Assembly (NCBI GenBank): GCA_964477705.1 | Contig: CAYZFJ010000003.1 | Location: forward strand, 1-50,645 | Reading direction: 5' to 3' | Length of the DNA: 50,645 nt | From: an uncultured Myxococcia bacterium | GTDB lineage: Bacteria; Myxococcota_A; JAVEVO01; CAYZFJ01 | In this document: piece after piece, positions 37,820 through 45,855 of the stretch | Position numbering within the stretch: position 1 is the first letter of the stretch | Layout of the letters: every line of letters starts with the position of its first letter | Notes under the pieces: generated by a model | What the model was told of the DNA's origin: nothing | Database searches by the model: none | What the model saw: only the letters and a program-made list of their open reading frames with translations | Translations under genes and position numbers: made by a program

Positions 37820-40684
37820 TCAGCGCTGGGTGAATCGGGCTGGACCACGATAGCCTGGTGGAACAGTACAGATGCTCTCCAGGAGCAGGTCCACTTCTTC
37901 CGCCATAGTGTCATCACCCAGGTCCAGGCTGTTAATGTTGTCCGCATCGATACGTATGCGGCCTACGCCCCCCTCTCCTCCTTGAGCTGAACCAGTATCG
38001 TCTACCTGAGCGCGGCTACCTCCGAGGGCAGAGATGGTTCCGCTCATGTTTATGGTTTGCCCCACCAGCCAGATAGTACCCCCAGCACCGCTGCCACCGG
38101 TCCCGGTTAATTTATTGACTCCCTGCTGGCCCTGTTCACCGTCTGCGGTCAAGGTGCCTGCAATGGAAAATTGTTCGGCAATAATGAAGATGATGCCGCC
38201 ACCATTGCCTCCTCTCCCTCCACGGCTGTCCACGGTGTCCGGGATGCTTGAGTCGAGCATGGTTCCGCCACCGTCCCCTCCGCCACCACCCATAAAGATG
38301 CGACCAAGCATATGATTGCCCGCCACCGGGCCACCACCGCCCCCGCCTCCGCCGTAACTGGCGCCACAGGAGCCGCCGCCAGTTCCACCCCTTCCTGTCT
38401 CACCGGCATTACTCACACTGGGGATGGTAGTATGGTCCGGGCATAGGCTGCTTCCTGGTTCTGAGCCGTTTCCGCCTGCGCCGCCCGGACAGGCGGCCGA
38501 GCCTCCTCCGCCCGCATGTTCGCCAGTCTTCCCAGCCAATCCTCCAGCGCCCCCGCTCTGCTCCAGGCAACTACCTCCACCCCCGCCACCCCCGCCGGAG
38601 CCATGGCCCCCGCCTCCTCCTGCCCCCGCCCGGCCCGCCTCGGCTCCACCAGAATGAATCCCTGAAGCGCCCCCTCCGCCCGCTCCTGTTCCTGCTGTTC
38701 CTGTAGTGAGGTGAATTCCTGCCATGGTGGCTTCACCGGCACCGCCACCCATGGAGCCTGGCTCCCCTGGTTCGCCACCTTTTTCAGCACCATCAGTCGA
38801 CAGGTAGTAGCACTCACCCCCAGTACCGCCCAATTCTGTTGCTGCTTCTTCGCCCTGGGGGACAATAGTCTCTCTAACACCACCACCGCCGTAACCGAGG
38901 CCTGCCACAGAGATCTGTCCACCGGATTCCACTTCAACAGGACCACTCACTTTAATGATGATTGCCCCGCCACCGCTGGGGCTGGTAGCGCCGTTCTGCT
39001 TGTTTCCCCCTCTGCCTTTGCCTTTGTCGCCGCCGTTACTGCTGTCGCCATTGTCACTGGTTGCAAGTGCGGGTTGAGCGGGGTGCCATGGGTCTGTAGA
39101 TAGAGTGCCACCATTTTTAACCACAAGCCCAGACAATTGGGGAACCCGCTGGACAATGGTGGTACTGCCTGCATCTGTGCCGGGGTATTCGGTGGACAGG
39201 GGATGGGTGAGCACAACTGTGAACCCGATTTGATCGGGCTGGTCCGCGATGATCTCCTGGATAATGGCAAACTGGTACTGTCCGGGGTTGTTGGTCTCCT
39301 GCGGGTTGGCATTTTGTACAGTGGTGGAGAGCCAATGGACGAACACCTGGTCGCCGGGAGCCAGCCCAGCGGGTGTGCCGGCCAGAAGGAGACGGTCTGT
39401 TGCTGCGGGAGCAGTAGCACTAAGGGTCCACCTTGGGGCCAGTGGGGTTGAGCGATCTACGTCTGGTCCTTGACGGGTTAGCATCTGGAGGGTGGGGATG
39501 GTGGTGGCCATGTTGAATGCGCCTTCTACAGTAAGGTGCCCATCCATACCCGTGCCGGCTTCTGCCTGGATACAATTAAAACCATCTCCCAGCCATCCAT
39601 CCACGCAGTTGCAGCTGTATGAACCAGAGCTGTTAGAACACTCAGCCTGAACGTGGCAGCGGTTAAGGGACTGATCTGCACATTCATTCATGTCGGTGCA
39701 GGTGTTGAGCGAGACGTCCGGGTTCCAGTAGCCCGGCAGACATGCGATCTGGCAGCCCCCCTCTGTGCATACGGCCACCCCATTGTCAGCAGAAGGGCAG
39801 ACATTGCCGCATCCACCACAATTGTTCTTGTCTGTGAGTGGGTCTGTGCAGAGATCAGCGCAAACCAGCTCTCCTTCCAGGCACTGGATGGAGCATTCCC
39901 CCTCAGTGCAGATGTATCCCTGAGAGCAACCTGCACCGCAATGTCCACAATGGGACCAGTCGCTGAGAAGGTTGACGCAGCTCCCACCGCAATCGGTAAG
40001 CCCAGTCTGGCAGGTGAGAAGGCACTCGCCCTCTGAGCAGACGGTGCCGGGTTCGCATTGAATGCCGCATTGGCCACAATTAGTCCAGTCCGACCCCAAG
40101 TTTACGCATGAGCCCTCACAGTTGGTAAGCAGACTGGGGCAGGTGAGACTGCACAACCCCAAAGAACAGACCTCGCCGTCTTCGCATTCATTACCGCAGG
40201 CTCCACAGTTTATAGGGTCTGTTTGAATGTTGATGCAGGTATCTCCGCACCGGGTGAAGTTGAGGGGGCATGAAATCTGACATTCCCCCCGGATACACAC
40301 CTCGCCGGTTGCGCATTCGTTGCCGCACTGGCCACAATGGAAGGTGGAGCGTTGCAGGTCATAGCATCCGCCGTAGCACTCTGTCTGGTTTCCTGGACAG
40401 AGAATGGCACATTGGCCTGCAAGACAAACCTCACCAATGATGCATGACACGCCACACCCGCCACAGTGCTCCATATCTGTTTCAGGATCCACACACCGGT
40501 TGTCGCAGGGGATCAGGTTGTTTGAGCAGTCCAGGGCTGCGGCATCACTGAGGGCCCCGTCGTTATCATTCTGGTTGGAGCCTGTATCTGCCACTACGTC
40601 AATATCAGTGGTGTTGGCACTGGTCCCATCACACCCGGCCGGGAAGAGGGCGAGTATTGCCATGGTCATGACTGGAATAAACAT
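37820..40684 (-). CDS. Large lipoprotein: six 8-Cys CGxCG repeats, a cbEGF-like module, a beta-rich domain and a ~350-aa Gly-rich region
   Basis: I prefer the internal Met (MFIPVMTMAILALFPAGC, lipobox) over the track start at 40909. Six ~43-aa repeats C.{6}C.{3}C.{9}CG.CG..C..G..C..G.C. DMNECADQ...C.C..G. Long GGxGG tracts. The track gives 1029 aa and my call gives 954 aa. Confidence 0.75.
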   Translation of the reverse strand: MFIPVMTMAILALFPAGCDGTSANTTDIDVVADTGSNQNDNDGALSDAAALDCSNNLIPCDNRCVDPETDMEHCGGCGVSCIIGEVCLAGQCAILCPGNQTECYGGCYDLQRSTFHCGQCGNECATGEVCIRGECQISCPLNFTRCGDTCINIQTDPINCGACGNECEDGEVCSLGLCSLTCPSLLTNCEGSCVNLGSDWTNCGQCGIQCEPGTVCSEGECLLTCQTGLTDCGGSCVNLLSDWSHCGHCGAGCSQGYICTEGECSIQCLEGELVCADLCTDPLTDKNNCGGCGNVCPSADNGVAVCTEGGCQIACLPGYWNPDVSLNTCTDMNECADQSLNRCHVQAECSNSSGSYSCNCVDGWLGDGFNCIQAEAGTGMDGHLTVEGAFNMATTIPTLQMLTRQGPDVDRSTPLAPRWTLSATAPAATDRLLLAGTPAGLAPGDQVFVHWLSTTVQNANPQETNNPGQYQFAIIQEIIADQPDQIGFTVVLTHPLSTEYPGTDAGSTTIVQRVPQLSGLVVKNGGTLSTDPWHPAQPALATSDNGDSSNGGDKGKGRGGNKQNGATSPSGGGAIIIKVSGPVEVESGGQISVAGLGYGGGGVRETIVPQGEEAATELGGTGGECYYLSTDGAEKGGEPGEPGSMGGGAGEATMAGIHLTTGTAGTGAGGGGASGIHSGGAEAGRAGAGGGGGHGSGGGGGGGGSCLEQSGGAGGLAGKTGEHAGGGGSAACPGGAGGNGSEPGSSLCPDHTTIPSVSNAGETGRGGTGGGSCGASYGGGGGGGGPVAGNHMLGRIFMGGGGGDGGGTMLDSSIPDTVDSRGGRGGNGGGIIFIIAEQFSIAGTLTADGEQGQQGVNKLTGTGGSGAGGTIWLVGQTINMSGTISALGGSRAQVDDTGSAQGGEGGVGRIRIDADNINSLDLGDDTMAEEVDLLLESICTVPPGYRGPARFTQR

Positions 40685-41323
40685 GGCTGTTCGTTGTGGG
40701 GTCAGACGTCTGCGCTTGAGATGCCTGTTATAAAAAGAAAAAATCATCACTATTTCCGAAATAAAGTCATAGAGGTACATGGCTCTGGTGAGTCGGGAGC
40801 CCAGGTGGAATCCTGGTGCCTTCAGGTCGGCGCAGTGTTTTTGAACGGGAGGCTGTTCTGTGGTCGCCGGTTCAAATAGCGCAGTGTGCCGAGAACACCT
40901 GTACGTCATGATACCCTACTGTTTTCTCAGCTTCTGGTCAATGGGATGGATGGCTCATATTCTTCCCATCCAGCCCTGGCAACACTATCTAAGACTCCAG
41001 CCCCATCGTTAATGCTCTCAATTGCTTGCAGACGCTGCCGCTCTCTCTTGGGGAGGGTGTGGGTGTCCTCCAATTCATGGGCTTTTATTGCATGTAGGAT
41101 ATTGTGTGCTAATGTGGGGGCAGGTAGGGGATTGGTGGTCGGTTTCGTCGACTGAACAGGGGGGGGGGAGCGAGTGGGTGTGAGTGAGTGGTGTAAACAG
41201 CCTTCATCATATTGAGGTGGCTATCTGCAAAATTCAACTTTTCTGGTGGATGACTAACGGTCCTTCTCGCCGGGGTGAATATTGCAGCGCGCTGCCGCTG
41301 ATTGGACAAGAGGTCAAATCAAA

Positions 41324-41629
41324 GTGCAACCACAAACATGTAGCAGATGTGATCAGATGCTTATGCCTGGTGAGGAGAAATACGTGGTCAGTATCAAGGT
41401 TTCATCCGATAGCGACTCGGATGATGATCATGGGACTGCTCAAGGTGGGGATAGCGAGTTAAGCTGGCTTTTCAGTGAGCAGTGCGAGGACGATTGCGCC
41501 GATGATGACCACGCCCCTGATGGGGGTAGGCTGGCATTCACTCTCTGCAAGAAGTGCAGAGAGGCTTTTCTTCGCAACCCCCTCAATCTGGATTCTCCCA
41601 AGGGCCTCCTGTCCATGCGCCTTCATTAA
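41324..41629 (+). CDS. Small acidic zinc-ribbon protein (CxxC...CxxC)
   Basis: GTG at 41324 after AAGAGG gives MQPQTCSRCDQ...KYVVSIKV...(acidic DSDSDDD...DDCADDD)...LAFTLCKKCREAFLRNPL. The start is uncertain (the track uses 41282). Confidence 0.45.
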   Translation: MQPQTCSRCDQMLMPGEEKYVVSIKVSSDSDSDDDHGTAQGGDSELSWLFSEQCEDDCADDDHAPDGGRLAFTLCKKCREAFLRNPLNLDSPKGLLSMRLH

Positions 41630-41633
41630 GTTA

Positions 41634-41654
41634 CAAGGTCCAAGGTGCAAGGTT
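41634..41654. repeat. Tandem heptamer (CAAGGTN)x3
   Basis: Read directly as caaggtc caaggtg caaggtt, immediately after the 41629 stop. Confidence 0.8.
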
Positions 41655-41669
41655 ACCCAGCAGGTGTAG

Positions 41670-41689
41670 GGGCACGGCATGCCGTGCCC
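41670..41689. terminator. Perfect 20-nt GC-rich palindrome between convergent genes (possible bidirectional terminator)
   Basis: GGGCACGGCATGCCGTGCCC read directly. There is no clear T-run on either side, so terminator function is inferred from position only. Confidence 0.45.
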
Positions 41690-41916
41690 TCAAGTTGCAG
41701 TAGGAATAAGAGAACCACCTTGTTCCCTCACTAGTTGCTGAATCACCGCCAGTCAGCACACTTACCCCATACTCAGCACTTTGTTCCTTCGTGTCTTCGT
41801 GTGAGGTTACATTCCTGTTCACACCAATTCCGTCTGTATCCTATGCACCACCCTGAACTGCTAATAGATCACGGTTAACTTGCCTCTTTCAACTTTTACC
41901 TTGTAACTCATTACTT

Positions 41917-42672
41917 CTAAGTTCGTGCGGCCAGGTAGTCCAGGTAGATCTCTTCCACTTTTAATCCGGCCAGTTTCTGCCCAAGGTTGATCTCATTATC
42001 GGGAGAGGTGTCAACGCTTTGGTGTGGTTTAACTGTCTCAAGGAAAATCCGGTAATGGTTCTGGCGGGGCAGGTGGTGGATTATGCATAACCTCTGGGGG
42101 ACCAGCCCGTTCAGGGTTACAGCACATAATGCTTCGGTCAGCAGTTCGGCTGGATAGACCATCAGCATCCGGCCACCAGGTTTGAGGGCGGTGGCTGCAG
42201 TCTCGCAGAACTGGTCAATGGTTCCGTTTAACTGGTGGGTACATGCGGCTGCAATTGAGCTGCTGGATGGCCTCCCTGTGCCTGGGCTGTAGTAAGGAGG
42301 GTTGGTGACCACCATGTCGAAACTCCCCTGTTCAATGGGCGCGTTTCGCACATCGGCAATGGTGACAGCGCACCTGTGCCCGAGACCGTGAATCTCCAGG
42401 TTTTCCCTGGCAAGAGCTGCCATCTCGGGTTGAAGCTCCAGTCCAAAACCCAAGCCGCCCCCGTGGTTGTCAAGGCCACAATGGGGGCTCTTGAACAGAA
42501 GCACAAGAAGGATGCCCGAGCCACTGCCCAGGTCCAGGATGCGGGAATCTGGTGCGAGCTGCCCTATGAATTGTGGAAGATAGAGCAGTTCTGGCGAGAA
42601 CCTATAGCCCCTGCATGGCTGAAGTATGGAGCCCAGCCCTTCCCCCAGCTTTACTGCAACTCTTTTGTTCAC
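41917..42672 (-). CDS. SAM-dependent N6-adenine methyltransferase, TrmN6/YfiC-like
   Basis: ILDLGSGSGIL (motif I) and VVTNPPYY (NPPY motif IV). ATGA overlap with the upstream amidase gene. Confidence 0.75.
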   Translation of the reverse strand: MNKRVAVKLGEGLGSILQPCRGYRFSPELLYLPQFIGQLAPDSRILDLGSGSGILLVLLFKSPHCGLDNHGGGLGFGLELQPEMAALARENLEIHGLGHRCAVTIADVRNAPIEQGSFDMVVTNPPYYSPGTGRPSSSSIAAACTHQLNGTIDQFCETAATALKPGGRMLMVYPAELLTEALCAVTLNGLVPQRLCIIHHLPRQNHYRIFLETVKPHQSVDTSPDNEINLGQKLAGLKVEEIYLDYLAART

Positions 42673-43718
42673 TGGCTGTTGTCTCCATCTATGGTTTGAT
42701 CTTGGCGGTGGGCTAGATATTCCCAGATGGCATCCGCCAGAGCGGATACGATTTTTTTCTGCATTGCCGGTGATGAGAGGGCTGGCCCATCTTCAAGGTG
42801 GTTGATAAACCCCAGCTCTACCACTACCGCAGGCATGGTTAAGCCTCGAAGAACCTGGAATCCGGCCTGTTTCATTCCCCGATCGGGCCATGGCAGCGCT
42901 TTGCCCAGGTTTTGCCGGATCACACTGGCCAGATCAGCACTTGCCCGGTGCGCTTCCTGTCCTGTCAGGTCTGCCACAATTTTTTCGGTGATATCGTAGG
43001 TGTGCTGGGGTGAGGAGGGGAGCAATGGAGTCAGATAGGCCTCGGGCGTGAGGATATAAACTTCAAACCCCCGGGGGCCGGGTGAAGGAGAGCTGTTGCA
43101 GTGGATACTTAGGAACAGATCTGCCTTTAGCCTGTTAGCCATCAGGATTCGGTCTGAGAGGCTCAAGGTGTAGTCGTCTTGTCTGGTCCGGAATACCCGG
43201 ATGGGAAAAATTGGAGATAAGGCTGGGGATAGTTTGGTTGTCTCACCATCAGGGGTTTGTCTGAGAGCGTTATCATGGTGGTGGTCTGTGGAAAATTCAG
43301 CCTGTGCCGGTTGTGCCAGTTGTGCCAGTATCAGATGCTCCTCAAGCCTCTTTCCGATGTTGAGGGTGATCTCTTTCTCTATCAGTCCTCCAGAACCAGG
43401 GGCGCCCCAGACCAACCCACCATGCCCCGGGTCTATGACCACCATAAGTTCTTTGCGCTCTCCCTCGTCATTAATGACCTGTCCAATCTCGTTGTCGGGT
43501 TCGGCTGCTTCGGCGGGGGAGGAGGCAGCTTCTTCTGTATTGGTGCTCTGTGAGGCTGGTGGTCGCGGTTCCATATTGCTGCCGCAGCTGACATAGAGCA
43601 GGGCTGGGCCGAGCAGCAGCACGATCAAGCCTGCAATGAGCTCTTTGCCATCATATGATGGGCAGGAGACCCAGCCAGGCGGCATTTCTACTTTATTTTG
43701 TGGGGCAGAAAACTTCAC
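42669..43718 (-). CDS. N-acetylmuramoyl-L-alanine amidase (Amidase_3 family), probable lipoprotein
   Basis: VVIDPGHGG, ADLFLSIHCNS, GFEVY, LRGLTMPAVVVELGFINH. Lipobox-like LYVSCG. Confidence 0.85.
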   Translation of the reverse strand: MKFSAPQNKVEMPPGWVSCPSYDGKELIAGLIVLLLGPALLYVSCGSNMEPRPPASQSTNTEEAASSPAEAAEPDNEIGQVINDEGERKELMVVIDPGHGGLVWGAPGSGGLIEKEITLNIGKRLEEHLILAQLAQPAQAEFSTDHHHDNALRQTPDGETTKLSPALSPIFPIRVFRTRQDDYTLSLSDRILMANRLKADLFLSIHCNSSPSPGPRGFEVYILTPEAYLTPLLPSSPQHTYDITEKIVADLTGQEAHRASADLASVIRQNLGKALPWPDRGMKQAGFQVLRGLTMPAVVVELGFINHLEDGPALSSPAMQKKIVSALADAIWEYLAHRQDQTIDGDNSQ

Positions 43719-43898
43719 GATTCCTGTTTGTCCTCACCGCTAGAGCCTCCAGGCGATCAGAGGGATAGATTAATCGGTTTCCCATGCTTGCAGGCTTCTC
43801 AATCATGGTTTGAGGACACAAATAACAGTTGTGGCCTTGGTTGTGAACCTAAAAACGTGCGGCAGCCGGACAGGGGGTCACAGGAAGGGAGGCGGTCC

Positions 43899-44114
43899 TT
43901 GCCCGAAGTTGTTCCTCATGAGAGCGAGGCTTTTGAGAAAACCTTAAGACGGTTCCGCAGAAAGGTGCAGACTGCCGGAATTATGGGTGAGTTGCGCAAA
44001 CGGCGGGCTGCCCAGTCTGCGGGAGAGAAGAAGCGATCAAAGCATCAGGCAGCACTGGCAAGAGCCCGGAAGCGTGCTCGACGTAATGCAGCCAGGATGC
44101 AGCGGGATTATTGA
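43899..44114 (+). CDS. rpsU: 30S ribosomal protein S21
   Basis: In-frame TTG at 43899 after GGAAGGGAGG gives MPEVVPHESEAFEKTLRRFRRKVQTAGIMGELRKRR... (71 aa). The upstream part of the track ORF looks non-coding. Confidence 0.85.
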   Translation: MPEVVPHESEAFEKTLRRFRRKVQTAGIMGELRKRRAAQSAGEKKRSKHQAALARARKRARRNAARMQRDY

Positions 44115-44291
44115 GTGGGGGGGGAGGTAGTGGAGGACGACGGGAAGCGATGAGGGGGGGGGCGGCAAAGGTGTAGGGTGTGGGGTGCAGGGTGTGCCTT
44201 CGGGGATGGGTACCTACGGGTAGTTACCGGGTGGAGAATAGGTGGTGTAAGGCCAAGGATGGTGGTGGGGGTAATGGTAATGGGGGAGTCA

Positions 44292-44331
44292 GGGCAGGGT
44301 ACGCTGGTCGTACCCTGCCCGTTTGTTTGTT
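44292..44331 (+). terminator. Intrinsic terminator after rpsU
   Basis: GGGCAGGGTACG-ctggt-CGTACCCTGCCC followed by GTTTGTTTGTT. Confidence 0.8.
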
Positions 44332-44390
44332 GGCCAGCAGTAATCGAACTCGAATCAGATGCCTGACAATGTGGCACGCAACCCAGTTGG

Positions 44391-45854
44391 TTATGGCATG
44401 GGAGCGTTTGCAGTTTCCTGCTTCAGGTAAGCAGCCGGATCACGCTGGAGCTGGCGGACCACATGCTCGCCCAGTATAAACGACACGTTGTAGCCATCCA
44501 CGCCCGCATAGTATTCGGCTGTTTCAGGCTGGTACATGCTGCCGATGGACAGGGTGTAGGTGCTGCCATCATCCATGGTGAGGATTACTTTTCCGCCTGC
44601 TGGTTTAGATCCTAACCCGCTTTGTGATTCTGAAACCCCTTCAAGCACCTCTGCAGCTTTCAGGTTGCTCAGAGTATTGATCAGCCCATTCAGGTGGGCC
44701 ATGTTAAGCACCTTGCCCTTGAGAATGGCAGGCTCAGTTGCACTCCATCCCTTCTCGTCACGCTGGAAGGTGAGCCCAATCTTGCCTGCCTTATTGGTAA
44801 CGGCAATAGAGGTTAGCTTATCCCTGGTGAAACTGAGCATGTTCTTACTGCGCAACTGGGAAGATCGTTTTTTAAGCCCTTCTAGTGCGTAGTCTTTAAC
44901 TATGTATAGGGCATTGCCGCCTTCCAGGGTTACATACCAGTCATTCTCATACTGACCATCAAGAGCGTTGGGCCCAACCTTGGCACCGATGATCATGATG
45001 ACCGGGTCTTTGCCAATTCGATTGATGGTCAGTCGGGTTGAATCAGGGGTGAATCCGGCATCTTCGAACTTGATGTTGTCGGCAAAATCCGTGGCCCTCA
45101 GGTTGAGCAGGGTGCCCAGCATGGTCCCAATGGCCGAGCTGTCCCCATCGGCGGTAACTGGTTCTGTCAATTGCCATGACTCGGCCTTACCCTCACCTGT
45201 CGTGGACCCAGTATCCGTCTCTGTGTCCGCCTCCACCGCCGTCCGGACAAGCACGATCTTCTCTGTGGGGTTGGAGATCTCCAGCCCGGTAACAGATTCT
45301 CTTTCTACTGCCAGAATCTTCTTCTCCCGCCAGTCATTAACTTCCTTGTCAATCTGCCATCGCAGGTTGGTTCGGGCCCTATACACATGCTGGTCCCCCG
45401 GCCGCATCACGAAGGTCCGGTTGCCCACGGCTTTGCCTACCAGTATGTCGAACAAGGGCTTGTCTTCGGCGGTCATTTTCAGGCTGACTCTCTCGCCATC
45501 ATTGAGCCCATACCTGGCAAGCTCATCCTCACTGACCGGAATCTTCAGATCCATCCCGATTGGTTCGGTGAATAGCTTGAGCAGGTTCTCGACGTTGCTG
45601 TCATTGGCCTTAAATTGGATGGGGCTCTCCATCTTCCAGGAGGCTGCCGCATCTCCAGCAAGCTCGGGCTTTCCGTCACGGACCAGTCGAATAATGGTGC
45701 CGGACTTATTTATCTCAATCACATCCGCAACCCCACTTGCCCTGGCCAACTCAAAATCGAGCTTCTCTGCCTTGTCGGGGAGGAACTTTGGAATCAGTAC
45801 CGCTGCCAACAGGATTAGAAAGATACTCAGTGCGATTACTGTATTCTTTTTCAT
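44391..45854 (-). CDS. DUF4340-like protein (accessory to the GldG-type ABC system)
   Basis: ATG at 45854 gives MKKNTVIALSIFLILLAAVLI (signal anchor). It lies immediately downstream of the gldG-like stop. The repeated beta-rich modules resemble DUF4340. Confidence 0.65.
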   Translation of the reverse strand: MKKNTVIALSIFLILLAAVLIPKFLPDKAEKLDFELARASGVADVIEINKSGTIIRLVRDGKPELAGDAAASWKMESPIQFKANDSNVENLLKLFTEPIGMDLKIPVSEDELARYGLNDGERVSLKMTAEDKPLFDILVGKAVGNRTFVMRPGDQHVYRARTNLRWQIDKEVNDWREKKILAVERESVTGLEISNPTEKIVLVRTAVEADTETDTGSTTGEGKAESWQLTEPVTADGDSSAIGTMLGTLLNLRATDFADNIKFEDAGFTPDSTRLTINRIGKDPVIMIIGAKVGPNALDGQYENDWYVTLEGGNALYIVKDYALEGLKKRSSQLRSKNMLSFTRDKLTSIAVTNKAGKIGLTFQRDEKGWSATEPAILKGKVLNMAHLNGLINTLSNLKAAEVLEGVSESQSGLGSKPAGGKVILTMDDGSTYTLSIGSMYQPETAEYYAGVDGYNVSFILGEHVVRQLQRDPAAYLKQETANAPMP

Positions 45855-45855
45855 T

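Noticed and set aside
43698-43898. The N-terminal 67-aa extension of the ORF-track entry containing rpsU.
   Set aside because: The extension has no S21 similarity and would overlap the divergent amidase start. A TTG with a strong RBS at 43899 yields a canonical 71-aa S21.
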